A DNA stretch of 63,336 nucleotides from Chloroflexota bacterium (GCA_039933775.1 JBDTNK010000003.1:1-63336); one strand, 5' to 3'. Positions 27,613-37,163 are shown, counted from the stretch's first letter. Numbers and translations are program-made. Notes: generated by a model from the letters alone, not told the origin.

Positions 27613-28977
27613 CTAGAAGGCCTCGAGGTAGCGATCGACCTCCCAGGCGCTGACCTGCATGCGGTACTCGTCCCACTCGTTGTTTTTGGCCTCGACGAAG
27701 CGCTCGAAGATGTGCTCGCCCAGCGCTCCGGAGATGACCGGGTCGGCGGTGAGCTCGTCGATCGCCTCGCGCAGCGTGCCGGGCAGCTGCCGGATGCCAC
27801 GCGACTGCAGCGTCGCGGCGTCGAAGTGGTAGAGGTTCTCCTCCACCGGCTCCGGCGGGGTGAGCTCGCGCTCCACGCCGTCGAGGCCGGCGGCGAGCAT
27901 CGCCGCGAAGGCCAGGTACGGGTTCGAGGACGGATCCGGGCAGCGCAGCTCGATACGCACGCTGTTCGTCTGGCCGGCGCTGATCTGCGGGATGCGGACG
28001 AGGGCAGATCGGTTGATCCGCGCCCAGCCGATGTAGACCGGCGCCTCGAATCCCGGCACGAGCCGCTTGTACGAGTTCACCAGTGGGGCGAGGACCGCGA
28101 TCATGCCCCGCGCATGCTCCAGGATGCCCGCGATGTACGAGCGCGCCATCTCGGACAGCCCGTACGGATCCTTCGGGTCGCTGAAGGCGTTGCGCCCCTT
28201 CTTGTCGTCCCACAGCGACATGTGGCAGTGCATGCCCGAGCCGTTGATCCCGAAGAACGGCTTCGGCATGAACGTCGCGTACAGGCCGCGCGACGCGGCG
28301 ATGGCCTTGAGCGTGGTCTTGAAGGTGACCGCGTTATCGGCCGTGCGGAGCGCATCGGCGTACTGGAAGTCGATCTCGTGCTGGCCGGTTGCGACCTCGT
28401 GGTGCGCCGTCTCGACCTTGATGCCGAAGTCCTCGAGGCTGTTCATCATCTCCTTGCGCACCTCGGTGCCGAGGTCCTCGGAGAGGTCAAAGTAGCCGGC
28501 GGCGTCGTGCGGCAGCGGCTCGACGGTGCCGTCCTCGCGGCGCAGCAGGAAGAACTCCAGCTCGGGTCCGGTGTTGAACGTGAAGCCCAGCTTCTTGGCC
28601 CGCTCGACCTGGCGCTTCAGGACGCCGCGTGGATCGCCGGGAAAGGGGTCGCCATTCGGGTCGAAGACGTCGCAGATGACCCGCGCCGAGCCGGTCGTCA
28701 GCTTCGAACCATCCGGCGCCAGGCCGGGCTCCCACGGGATCGGGCTGAAGGTCGAGAGGTCCGGCTTGAGGAACATGTCGGACTCGGCGATGCGGGTGAA
28801 CCCCTCGATCGAGCTGCCGTCGAACCACTTGCCGTGCTCGACCGCCTCCTCCAGCTGGTGGATCGGCACCTGCACCGACTTGACGCTGCCCACGATGTCA
28901 GAGAACTGGAGGCTGATGAAGCGCAGGTTGCGCTCCTCGGCGACCTTCATGACGGCGGCGAGATCCTTGTTGGCCAT
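27613..28977 (-). CDS. glnA: Glutamine synthetase type I
   Basis: LQFSDIVG, FDGSSIEGF.RI.ESDM, GPELEFFL, HHEVATGQHEI, ATFMPKPFFGINGSGMH, NSYKRLVPGFEAP, NRSALVRIP, RIELRCPDPSSNPYL. SD AAGGAG. Confidence 0.97.
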   Translation of the reverse strand: MANKDLAAVMKVAEERNLRFISLQFSDIVGSVKSVQVPIHQLEEAVEHGKWFDGSSIEGFTRIAESDMFLKPDLSTFSPIPWEPGLAPDGSKLTTGSARVICDVFDPNGDPFPGDPRGVLKRQVERAKKLGFTFNTGPELEFFLLRREDGTVEPLPHDAAGYFDLSEDLGTEVRKEMMNSLEDFGIKVETAHHEVATGQHEIDFQYADALRTADNAVTFKTTLKAIAASRGLYATFMPKPFFGINGSGMHCHMSLWDDKKGRNAFSDPKDPYGLSEMARSYIAGILEHARGMIAVLAPLVNSYKRLVPGFEAPVYIGWARINRSALVRIPQISAGQTNSVRIELRCPDPSSNPYLAFAAMLAAGLDGVERELTPPEPVEENLYHFDAATLQSRGIRQLPGTLREAIDELTADPVISGALGEHIFERFVEAKNNEWDEYRMQVSAWEVDRYLEAF

Positions 28978-29075
28978 GGCGCGGCGGACTCCTTGCGGTG
29001 TGCTTCGGGAGTCTCAGGCTAGCCCGATGCCGCCTCCCGAACGCACGCAATCCCGGGTGGCGTCGCCGCCCTCCT

Positions 29076-29092
29076 TTGTGCACTTTGCACAA
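29076..29092. promoter_or_regulatory. Perfect palindrome TTGTGC-N5-GCACAA upstream of glnA, candidate PucR-family operator
   Basis: TTGTGCACTTTGCACAA in the pucR-glnA intergenic region, about 55-70 nt upstream of a TAGCCT -10-like box (29016-29021, minus strand). Confidence 0.7.
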
Positions 29093-29111
29093 TCAGGGAC
29101 CGATGGCGCCG

Positions 29112-30113
29112 CTACTCGCTCCGCTCGGCGGCGCGCAGGATGCGCAGCGCGTCGTCGGGTCGCCGCGGGTCGAGTCCGCGCTCGCCGTGCGCGATGCGCA
29201 GCCGATACAGCACGGTGTTGCGATGCACCCCGAGCGCGCGCGCGGCAGGCGCGATGCGCCCGTTTGCGCGGGCCACTGCCAGCAGCGTCGCGCCCAGCGG
29301 ATCGTCGGTGCGCGGAGGTTGCGGCGGCGCAGGAGCGTCGGCACGGGCGGTGGCGGATGGCGCCGGCCGGCGCAGCAGCGCACGGATCGTGACGGCCAGC
29401 GCCTCGGCGGCCGCGGCGTCGACACGCGCGAAGGGCACGTCGTCGAAGAGCCACAGCGCGGCGCGCTCGCGGATCGGCTGGTGGAGCACCCACAGCCCGT
29501 CACGCAGACGCCGCTGCGCCTCGGTCCCGCTGGCGTCGGCCAGCAGGCGGGCGTGCACGGCGGCGAAGCGCGCCGCAAGCGCGCGTCCGGCCGCGCGGGG
29601 GTTGAGCGCCAGCAGCTTGCCGTCCACGGCCACCGCGACGCCACGGCGCAGGCGCGCCGCCACCGCGCCGGCCGCCGCCCCGAGGCTCGGATCGGCCAAT
29701 GCCGCCTCGGCCGCCGCCAACCGGATCGAGACGGCCAGTCGCGCGAGGTGACCGCGCTCATCGGTCAGGTAGGCCAGGCCCGCGTCTGCGAGGCGGGCCG
29801 CGAGCAGGACGCTGGCGATGACCGGGACGTCGCCGCCGGGCGCCTCGAGCGATCGCGTCACGCCGCCGAGCAGGATCGCCGGCGGCGCCAGTCCGGCCTC
29901 CCCGATCGCGGCCAATAGGCCGTCGAGCGACGTGCCCACGACCAACGCCGCATCGGCGACCAGGAGCGCCCCATCCGTCGGCGGCGGCAGGTGCGGCGGT
30001 GCGGCGCGCGTACGATGCACGCCACGGACGGCGCTGCGCAGCGCCGCATCGGAGCCGGCGAGCAGTCGCGCATCGGGGTCCAGGGCGCGCCACAGGTCGA
30101 CGACCGATGTCAC
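29112..30113 (-). CDS. PucR/CdaR-family transcriptional regulator
   Basis: C-terminal HTH_30 TLLAVARANG.IAPAARALGVHRNTVLYRL and N-terminal PucR-like region. GTGA overlap with the resB stop. Confidence 0.8.
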   Translation of the reverse strand: MTSVVDLWRALDPDARLLAGSDAALRSAVRGVHRTRAAPPHLPPPTDGALLVADAALVVGTSLDGLLAAIGEAGLAPPAILLGGVTRSLEAPGGDVPVIASVLLAARLADAGLAYLTDERGHLARLAVSIRLAAAEAALADPSLGAAAGAVAARLRRGVAVAVDGKLLALNPRAAGRALAARFAAVHARLLADASGTEAQRRLRDGLWVLHQPIRERAALWLFDDVPFARVDAAAAEALAVTIRALLRRPAPSATARADAPAPPQPPRTDDPLGATLLAVARANGRIAPAARALGVHRNTVLYRLRIAHGERGLDPRRPDDALRILRAAERSE

Positions 30114-31399
30114 CGCAGCAGCCGCTCCAGGCGCGCCAGCTCAGGTCCCGGGTCGTCGAAACGCTCCGCGACGAGGACAAGCCGCGTGCCGTCAGCAGTG
30201 GCGCGCAACGTCAGGCGACGGCGCGGCAGCCACAGGGCCACGGCGAGCAGCGTCACCAGCAACGCCGAGCCGCCGAAGACGAGCCCCATCCCCGGGTCGT
30301 TGCGCGACAGGAAGGTGACGTAGGCGTCGAAGCGCACGAGCGTCACGTTGAGCGGCCCGATGCGCGTCGGCTCCCCGGGCGCAAGGACCGCGGTGTCGAT
30401 CGCGCCGCCGGCGCCCGCCACGGTCACGCCCAGCGTGTTCGCGTCCGCGTCGACGAGCGAGAGCCCCAGCGCCAGGCCGGTTCCCGGCAGGTCGGCGGCG
30501 CCCGACGGGCGGCCGGCATCGGTCCCGTCGAGCGGCACCCCGTTGTCGAGCAGCGGCCGTCCGGCGAGCGTCTCGACCCGCAGCCGAACCGCCGGGCCGT
30601 AGGTCCAGCCATGGACCAGGTAGCCGCCGAAGCTGCCCGGCCGGTTGACCTGCAGCAGCTCGCTGCCTGCCGGCTCGCCGTCGCGCAGAAAGGTGACCTG
30701 GGTGTCGAGGCGGCTCGGACGCCCATCGGTCCCGAATTCGGCGTCGAAACGGTCCAGGCGAACGGCATCGGTGAATCCTTCGCGTGCAGGACCGATGCGT
30801 GCCTGCTCGCCGGGAAGCAGGCTGAAGCTCGTCTCGGTGGCGAGCGCGCCGCCCAGGGCCACGCCCAGGACCACGAGCACGAGCGCCAGGTGGCTGCCGA
30901 TTCCGGCGATCCGGGCATATCCGCGCCGCACCGCGTGGAGCGTCCAGCGCTTCTCACGCCCGACTCGTCGTACGCGGTAGCCGGCGCGCTGCAGGACGCG
31001 CGTGGCGTCTGCGACGGCGAGCGGCGGCAGGCTCGCGCTGCGCTGCTGTGAATCGCCGGGTCGCTCCACGACGCCGGTCGGCGAACGCCACTCGCGCCAC
31101 GCGGCGGGCGTGCGCACCGCGACGGAGGCGAGGCCGCTGAGCAGCACGGCGCCGAGGAGGCCCAGGTAGATCGGAGAGTGCAGCAGCGTGGCGCCGTCGG
31201 GAATTGCGGCTGCGGCCGCGTTGGCGAGCCCGGTCAGGAGAAGGAGCGCGATCCCCAGGCGCGGGTCCCCGGCCACGCGCAGCAGACGATCGGCGCGGCG
31301 ATTCGCACGGTCGAGCCGCGTGGCGAACGCGGTGCCGAGTGGCGGTCGCTCAGTCGGGGCGTGCGGCGGCGGCGAGATCCGCGACGAGGTCATCGGCAT
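30110..31399 (-). CDS. resB: Cytochrome c biogenesis protein ResB/Ccs1
   Basis: N-terminal TMs, GIGSHLALVLVVLG (conserved His), FDAEF, QVNRPGSFGGY, DPGMGLVFGG..LLV..L..ALWLPRRR. Confidence 0.8.
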   Translation of the reverse strand: MPMTSSRISPPPHAPTERPPLGTAFATRLDRANRRADRLLRVAGDPRLGIALLLLTGLANAAAAAIPDGATLLHSPIYLGLLGAVLLSGLASVAVRTPAAWREWRSPTGVVERPGDSQQRSASLPPLAVADATRVLQRAGYRVRRVGREKRWTLHAVRRGYARIAGIGSHLALVLVVLGVALGGALATETSFSLLPGEQARIGPAREGFTDAVRLDRFDAEFGTDGRPSRLDTQVTFLRDGEPAGSELLQVNRPGSFGGYLVHGWTYGPAVRLRVETLAGRPLLDNGVPLDGTDAGRPSGAADLPGTGLALGLSLVDADANTLGVTVAGAGGAIDTAVLAPGEPTRIGPLNVTLVRFDAYVTFLSRNDPGMGLVFGGSALLVTLLAVALWLPRRRLTLRATADGTRLVLVAERFDDPGPELARLERLLR

Positions 31400-32528
31400 C
31401 CTCCAGCCCGATCGAGATGCGCACCGTGCCGCCGGTCAGGCCGGCGTCGGCCAGCCCGCGGTCATCGAGCTGGCGATGCGACGAGGACGCCGGGTGGCTG
31501 CACAGGGTTTCGGTGCCGCCCAGGCTCGTGGCGTGGACCGCGACCTCGATCCGGTCCAGGAGGCGCTCCCCCGCTGCGCGTCCGCCGGCCAGGTCGATCG
31601 CCAGCATGCCGCCCGCGAGGCCGTCGCGGAACTGCCGCTGCGCGACCTCGCGCTGCGGGTGGCTTGCCATCCCGGGGTAGCGGACCCGGTCGATCCCCGG
31701 CGCGCCGTCGAGCGCGGCGGCGACCGCCAGTGCCGTCTCGGAGTGCCGCTCCATGCGCAGCGCCAGCGTCTTGAGGCCGCGCAGCGCCAGGAATGCCTCG
31801 AGCGGCTGCGCGTTGCCACCGGCCGTGACGACCACGTGGCGGGCCGCGCCGACCAGCTCGGCACTTCCCAGGATCGCGCCCCCGATCAGGTCGGAATGCC
31901 CGCCGATGTACTTGGTCAGCGAATGCACGACGAGATCGGCGCCGTGCGCGAGGGGGGTGCACAGGTACGGCGAGGCGAACGTGTTGTCGACGCCGAGCAG
32001 CAGCCCGCGCCCGTGCGTGAGCGCAGCGAGGGCGGCGATATCGGCGACATCGGTCGTCGGGTTGGAGATCGTCTCGATCCAGATCAGGCGGGTGCGCTCG
32101 GTGATCGCCGCCTCGACCGCGGACGCATCGGTCGTGTCGACGAAGGTATGACCGATGCCGAAGCCGGCCAGCAGGCCGGTCAGCAGCCCGTAGGTGCCGC
32201 CGTAGATCGCCTTGGCGGCGATGACCTCGTCACCGGGGCGAAGCAACGAGGTGAGCGCGGCGTGGATGGCCGCCATGCCGGAGGCGGTGACGTGGGCCGA
32301 CTCCGCGCCCTCGAGCTCCGCCAGCGCCTCCTCGAGCGCGGCGTGTGTCGGGTTCGAGTAGCGCGTGTACGAGTGCCCGGAGCGGCGGAACTCGAGCAGC
32401 TCCTGGAGCTCGGCGGCGCTGCCAACCTCGAAGGTGCTGGCCTGGTAGATCGGCACGGCCAGCGGCGCCTGCGGCGCGTCGGGGACGCGGCTGGCACTGC
32501 GAATCGCACGCGTCGCGAAGCCCGGCAT
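31350..32528 (-). CDS. Cys/Met metabolism PLP enzyme (cystathionine gamma-synthase/lyase or methionine gamma-lyase)
   Basis: PIYQASTF, YTRYSNPT, SGMAAI, ETISNPT, DNTFASP, HSLTKYIGGHSD (PLP Lys), SLGGTETL, RISIGLED. Confidence 0.93.
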   Translation of the reverse strand: MPGFATRAIRSASRVPDAPQAPLAVPIYQASTFEVGSAAELQELLEFRRSGHSYTRYSNPTHAALEEALAELEGAESAHVTASGMAAIHAALTSLLRPGDEVIAAKAIYGGTYGLLTGLLAGFGIGHTFVDTTDASAVEAAITERTRLIWIETISNPTTDVADIAALAALTHGRGLLLGVDNTFASPYLCTPLAHGADLVVHSLTKYIGGHSDLIGGAILGSAELVGAARHVVVTAGGNAQPLEAFLALRGLKTLALRMERHSETALAVAAALDGAPGIDRVRYPGMASHPQREVAQRQFRDGLAGGMLAIDLAGGRAAGERLLDRIEVAVHATSLGGTETLCSHPASSSHRQLDDRGLADAGLTGGTVRISIGLEDADDLVADLAAAARPD

Positions 32529-32535
32529 GCGGCCG

Positions 32536-32541
32536 AGTCTA
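32536..32541 (-). promoter_or_regulatory. -10 TAGACT exactly 7 nt before ATG 32528 (leaderless promoter candidate)
   Basis: Minus strand reads TAGACT-cggccgc-ATG, no SD. Confidence 0.55.
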
Positions 32542-32563
32542 GCAGGGCGCCGCGCTCGCTCGG

Positions 32564-33907
32564 TCAGCGTGCCGTGGTCGTGGGCCCGCCATCGCCGAGC
32601 AGCTCGTCGGCCAGCTGGCGGATGCCCTCCATGTCGGGAATCAGGATGTAGCCGGAGACCGGGTCGCTGCTCGGCGTGACGAGCGGCGGCTGGATCACGG
32701 CGCGCTCGATGGCGCTCGTATCGGCCTCCTGCAGCGCAGCCGCCATCTCGGGCAGCCGCGATTCGGGGACATCGGTGGCGATCGTGTTCTTGACCGCGTC
32801 GAGCAGGCTCGGCAGCGAGAGGATGACGTTGCCGGCGGTCACCTTGTCGGCGATCGCGGCGAGGAGCTGCTGCTGGCGGTCCGAGCGCGTGAAGTCGCTG
32901 TCGCCGGCGCCGTGGCGCGATCGGGCAAAGGCGACCGCCGTGCTGCCGTCCATGTGATAGACGCCCGGCTCGAGGTAGAAGCCGGTGTGCACGTCGAACT
33001 CGTTCCAGTACGTCGGATCGTCGATGAGCCGCTCGTTGGTGATGTCGACCCCGCCGATGGCGTCCACCGCCTGCTTGAAGCCGATGATGTTGATCGCGGC
33101 GAAGTAGTGGATCGGGACGTCGAGCAGCTCGGAGACCGTCGCCTTCAGCGTCCCTGGCCCGCCGAGCGGGAACTGGCCCGGGTCCGCGTTGGCCGAGGCC
33201 ATGAGGCTGTTCAGCTTCGCGTCCCAGACGCGGCCGTCGGGCAGTGGCGCGCCGTACAGGTCACGCGGGACCGAGAGCATCGACGTCTTGCCCGTCTCCG
33301 GATCCAGGCTGACGATCAGCATCGTGTCGGTCAGCTCGGTCGTGCGGCCCGGCGCGAAGTCGACACCCACGAGCAGGATGTTGACGCGTTCGCCACGCGT
33401 CACCTCCGGCTGCTCCGATGGCGGCGGCAGCGGATCGAAGCCTTCGTCCGACCCACTGTCGCCGCCGGGATCGCCGGTGTCAGCGGCGACGGTGCTCAGC
33501 GTGTCGATCGCCAGCGTGGCGTACCAGGCCGGCACGAGATGCATGACCAGGGTCAGGACCAGCACGCCGGCCGTGGCCCACGTGGTCCAGCGGCGGGCGG
33601 CAAACGGCCTGCGCCGCAGATGCGCCTGCGCAATCGCCACGAGCCGCCAACCCAGGAGCGCCAGGTCGAGCACGACGAGTCCGATGAGGAAGCGCGCGTC
33701 GAGCAACCGCGCGATGACGCCGACCCGCGCCACGAGCACGACGATCAGGAGGGTGCCGATGATCGCCAGCACCGGCAGGGCCAAAATGGTGGCCAACGCC
33801 CGCTCGCCGTTGTACGCCTGTCCAAGCCCGGGAAAGAGGAACGACAAAAAGGCGGCCAGCGACGCGCGCGGCTCCTCGCGAGCGCCGCGACCGCGCGATC
33901 GGGTCAT
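32564..33907 (-). CDS. LCP (LytR-CpsA-Psr) family glycopolymer transferase with N-terminal membrane domain
   Basis: NILLVGVD, TDTMLIVSLD, LSVPRDLY, KLNS, AVDAIGGV, AFARSRH..DSDFTRSDRQQ. Confidence 0.92.
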   Translation of the reverse strand: MTRSRGRGAREEPRASLAAFLSFLFPGLGQAYNGERALATILALPVLAIIGTLLIVVLVARVGVIARLLDARFLIGLVVLDLALLGWRLVAIAQAHLRRRPFAARRWTTWATAGVLVLTLVMHLVPAWYATLAIDTLSTVAADTGDPGGDSGSDEGFDPLPPPSEQPEVTRGERVNILLVGVDFAPGRTTELTDTMLIVSLDPETGKTSMLSVPRDLYGAPLPDGRVWDAKLNSLMASANADPGQFPLGGPGTLKATVSELLDVPIHYFAAINIIGFKQAVDAIGGVDITNERLIDDPTYWNEFDVHTGFYLEPGVYHMDGSTAVAFARSRHGAGDSDFTRSDRQQQLLAAIADKVTAGNVILSLPSLLDAVKNTIATDVPESRLPEMAAALQEADTSAIERAVIQPPLVTPSSDPVSGYILIPDMEGIRQLADELLGDGGPTTTAR

Positions 33908-34046
33908 TGCGGTTCGGGGGAGCGGCCGGTCGAAGCGACGATCGGCAGCGATGATGAGGACATGGGCGAACCAGGTTGGAGGGACCGGCTGGGCGGCGCG
34001 GGCGAGTATAGCGAAATCGGGCTATGGGCCCCAGACGTCACTCAAG

Positions 34047-34052
34047 TAGCAT
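34047..34052 (+). promoter_or_regulatory. -10 TAGCAT exactly 7 nt before ATG 34060 (leaderless promoter candidate)
   Basis: TAGCAT-ctgttgc-ATG, no SD. Confidence 0.5.
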
Positions 34053-34059
34053 CTGTTGC

Positions 34060-35205
34060 ATGCCAACCCTGCCCCAGCGACGGGTGCTGATCGCCGTCGC
34101 CTGTGCTGCGCTGGTCATTGGCGGAGGCGCATATCTGCTTTTCGGACGATCAAACGTGCCGGTCGCGAGCGCCTCTCCATCGCCCTCGCCCTTGCCGTCA
34201 CCCACACCCTCGCCGCGGGCCACGCGCACGCCACGACCGTCACCGACGCCCTCACCGACCCCGGTCGAGGTGGCGCGCTGTCCCCTCACCGGCCTGCCGC
34301 TGGACGATCCTGCGAAGGCCGATGCCACCGCCATCCTGCTGCAGATCGAGAACCATCCCGAGGCGCGCCCCGCCTCGAACCTCAGCCGCGCCGACATGGT
34401 GTACGAGGCGCCGGTCGAGGGCGACACGACCCGCTACTCCGCCGTCTTCCTGTGCCAGGAGACCCAGGGCCTGACCGGTCCCGTCCGCAGCGCGCGCTAC
34501 TACAACGTGGACCTGTGGCAGGACGTGCACCTGCTGACGCTCGGCTTCGGCGCCTCGGCCGGCGCCGTGGCGCGCTTCGCCGCGGCGGGCATGCCATACC
34601 TCAACGGCATCAGCGGCACGTGGCCGTGGTACGTGCGCAGCTCGCAGCGCGCGGCACCGCATAACGTCTACGGAGACATGGAGGCGGCGCGGGCGGACAT
34701 CGCGGGCGACACGCTCGCCGGCCGCGTCGCGCGGACCGTCCCCGCGCTGCGGCCGCCACTCAGCTTCGATCCCGAACTCGAGATCGAGGGATATCGGGAC
34801 GTCGACAGCCTGACGATCCAGACGAACAGCTTCTGGGTCTTCGGCTGGGAATGGGACGGCGATCTTGGCGCCTGGCGTCGCAGCGAAGCCGGCGTGCGCC
34901 ACGTGGATGCCGCGACCGGCGACCCGGTGGCCGCGCGCACGGTGATCGTGCAGCGCGTCGTCGAGCGCGTCGTGCTGGGCGATCCCGATCCCGGCGGCAA
35001 CCCGCGGCGCGAGCAGGATCTCGTCGGTTCGGGCAATGGCACGGTCTACGTCGACGGCCAGGCGATCGATGCCACCTGGTCGCGCGCAACGGCCGACGAC
35101 GGCACGACCTGGACCGTCGCCGAAACCGGCGATCCGCTCGTCCTGCCGCCGGGCCAGGTGTGGTGGGAGATCGTGCCGCTCGAGGCGAGCGTCATCGAGG
35201 GTTGA
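34060..35205 (+). CDS. DUF3048 (YerB-like) membrane-anchored protein
   Basis: TM + SP/TP linker, CPLTGLP, QIENHPEARP, ADMVYEAPVEGDTTR, GPVRSAR, RAAPHNVY, LPPGQVWWEIVP. Confidence 0.85.
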   Translation: MPTLPQRRVLIAVACAALVIGGGAYLLFGRSNVPVASASPSPSPLPSPTPSPRATRTPRPSPTPSPTPVEVARCPLTGLPLDDPAKADATAILLQIENHPEARPASNLSRADMVYEAPVEGDTTRYSAVFLCQETQGLTGPVRSARYYNVDLWQDVHLLTLGFGASAGAVARFAAAGMPYLNGISGTWPWYVRSSQRAAPHNVYGDMEAARADIAGDTLAGRVARTVPALRPPLSFDPELEIEGYRDVDSLTIQTNSFWVFGWEWDGDLGAWRRSEAGVRHVDAATGDPVAARTVIVQRVVERVVLGDPDPGGNPRREQDLVGSGNGTVYVDGQAIDATWSRATADDGTTWTVAETGDPLVLPPGQVWWEIVPLEASVIEG

Positions 35206-35217
35206 GCGCAGTCGGCC

Positions 35218-36948
35218 TCAGCTGGCGCGCTGGTCGTCGTCGCGGTCGCGGTCGCGGCGCTCACGTCGTGGGCCGGGAGCGCCCAGAAATGCGTCCATGG
35301 CGCGGCGGATCTGGTAGTCGGGGTCGTAGCTGAGCGCCGCGATGCGCCGTCGCGCCTCCGCTGGATCCAGGTCCTCGTCGCCCGACGTGGTGGCCGGGTG
35401 CGTGCCGTTGGGGCGCAGCTCGGCGGGCTCGAGCTCCTCTTCGAACTCGTCGTCCGTCTCGAGGTCCGCGCTCATGTCGGGCGCAGCTTCGGGAACCTCG
35501 GGCTCGGCGACGGCCGTTGGCGCGGGCGGCGGCGTGATGATGACCGATGCCGTCTCGGGCGCAGCGACGGCGGTTGGCGCAGGCGGCGGCGTGATGATGA
35601 CCGATGCCGTCTCGGGCGCCGCGGCGGCGGCCTCGGGCGGCGGCGCTTCGGCCGCGATCGGCGGGGCCGGCTCCCCGACGGGGATGCTGGCCGGGACCGC
35701 GACCGGCAGCGCGCTGGTGGCCAGGCTGCGGCGCGGGCGCGGATTGCCGCTGATCTGGTTCTTGCCCAGGCCCTTCGCCGCGTACATGGCGCGGTCCGCG
35801 GCGATCATCAGCTCCTCGACCGTGCCGCCATCCTCGGGATGGGACACGAGGCCGATGCTGACGCTCGTCGTGGCATCGCCGCCGAAACCCTCGCCGATTT
35901 CCTCGGCCGAGGATCGAATCTTCTCGGCGACCACGAATGCGCCGACGATATCGGTCTCCGGAAGAAGGATGAGGAACTCGTCGCCACCGTATCGGTATGC
36001 CGAGTCGACGGTTCGGATCGAGCGCAGGATGACGCCGCCCAAGGCCCGCAGCACGGTATCGCCGCGATGGTGCCCGAAGGAATCATTCACCACCTTCAGC
36101 CCATCGAGATCAATCATCAGCAGGCAGAAGCCGCGGTCGCTGCGGCGGGTCCGGCGGATCTCGTTGTCGACCGTGGTGTAGATATGCGAACGGTTGAAGA
36201 GGCCGGTCAGCGGGTCAGTGACCGACATCTGCAGCATCCGTGCACGGATGCGCCGCTCCTGGCCGGCAAAGACCGATGCGATGAGCGTCAGCAGCCAGAT
36301 CGCACCGATGTGCAGGCCAAAGCCGAGCAGGTCCCCCGCCACGTAGGTCGAGCGCGCCGGATCGATGGCGAGAACGCCCACGTAGGCCAGCGACGCGATC
36401 GCCGCGAAGACAAAGGCGCCGCGTCCGCCACGAGCGAGCGCCACCGCCACGACCGCCACGTCGAAGCCGAAGACGAACGGTGAAGAGCCGTAGCCGGTGA
36501 GCACCAGCAGGGCGGCCGCCAACGCGAGGGCCACGAATGCCTCGACCAGGCCGACCGTGTTCGCGCGCCAGCCGCTGGGAATCACCTCGTGGAACACGAT
36601 CGCGGCGGCCACCGCCACGATGCCGAGCCCGAAGATGAGCTGCTCGTTCTGACGGAAGGCGCCGGAGAGGCCCACGCCGATGAGCGCCGCAGCGATGACC
36701 AGCCACCACAGGATGCGCAGGATGCGGCGGTAGTCGGCGCCACCACCGGCGTTGAGCTCATGGACGGTCGGGACCGCGCCGCTTTCGGCGTACTTGGTGC
36801 GCAGCTCTGGCGGCTGATGCGTCGGCAGGGCGACATCGGTTCCTGCCTCTTCTCCACGCTGGCCTCGCGGCAGCGCCACGAGCACGCCGATGACGAGCAC
36901 GTTGGCCACCACCACAGTGACGATGAAGAAGATGAGCTCTGGCGACAC
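35218..36948 (-). CDS. Membrane diguanylate cyclase with Pro/Ala/Glu-rich C-terminal tail
   Basis: About 6-7 TMs, TDPLTGLFNR, IDLDGLKVVNDSFGH..GD, RTVD I-site, RYGGDEF, ADRAMY.AK..GKN. Confidence 0.92.
   Translation of the reverse strand: MSPELIFFIVTVVVANVLVIGVLVALPRGQRGEEAGTDVALPTHQPPELRTKYAESGAVPTVHELNAGGGADYRRILRILWWLVIAAALIGVGLSGAFRQNEQLIFGLGIVAVAAAIVFHEVIPSGWRANTVGLVEAFVALALAAALLVLTGYGSSPFVFGFDVAVVAVALARGGRGAFVFAAIASLAYVGVLAIDPARSTYVAGDLLGFGLHIGAIWLLTLIASVFAGQERRIRARMLQMSVTDPLTGLFNRSHIYTTVDNEIRRTRRSDRGFCLLMIDLDGLKVVNDSFGHHRGDTVLRALGGVILRSIRTVDSAYRYGGDEFLILLPETDIVGAFVVAEKIRSSAEEIGEGFGGDATTSVSIGLVSHPEDGGTVEELMIAADRAMYAAKGLGKNQISGNPRPRRSLATSALPVAVPASIPVGEPAPPIAAEAPPPEAAAAAPETASVIITPPPAPTAVAAPETASVIITPPPAPTAVAEPEVPEAAPDMSADLETDDEFEEELEPAELRPNGTHPATTSGDEDLDPAEARRRIAALSYDPDYQIRRAMDAFLGAPGPRRERRDRDRDDDQRAS
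35507..35619 (-). repeat. Tandem 57-bp (19-aa) duplication in the DGC tail
   Basis: APETASVIITPPPAPTAVA twice. Copies start at 35507 and 35564 with few nucleotide differences. Confidence 0.9.
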
Positions 36949-37026
36949 CGGCCCTCCCGACCCTGAAATGGCAGATTCAGATTCCGACCGATCGTCGCGA
37001 TGCGCTCGGGACGCCTTTCGGGGCCT

Positions 37027-37055
37027 AGTCTAGGCGGGGCTTCGGGGTGGCGCAA
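37027..37055 (-). promoter_or_regulatory. Sigma70-like promoter for the DGC gene: TTGCGC-N17-TAGACT
   Basis: Both hexamers read on the minus strand with a 17-nt spacer, about 80 nt before GTG 36948. Confidence 0.45.
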
Positions 37056-37163
37056 AGGTACTAACCCCTCAGTACTGCCCAATGTGCGTGAACGCACCGG
37101 GGAAGCGGTGCGCGGAGGTCAAAATAGCCGCCGATTGAGCCCTCCGGAACGCCGGCCGCGGGT

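Noticed and set aside
27820-27860. NLY motif in GlnA as an adenylylation site
   Set aside because: The Tyr also occurs in non-adenylylated GSI-alpha enzymes, and no glnE is in the window; uninformative.
27535-29022. 495-aa plus-strand ORF
   Set aside because: Antisense shadow of glnA.
31188-32651. 487-aa plus-strand ORF
   Set aside because: Antisense shadow of the Cys/Met PLP enzyme.
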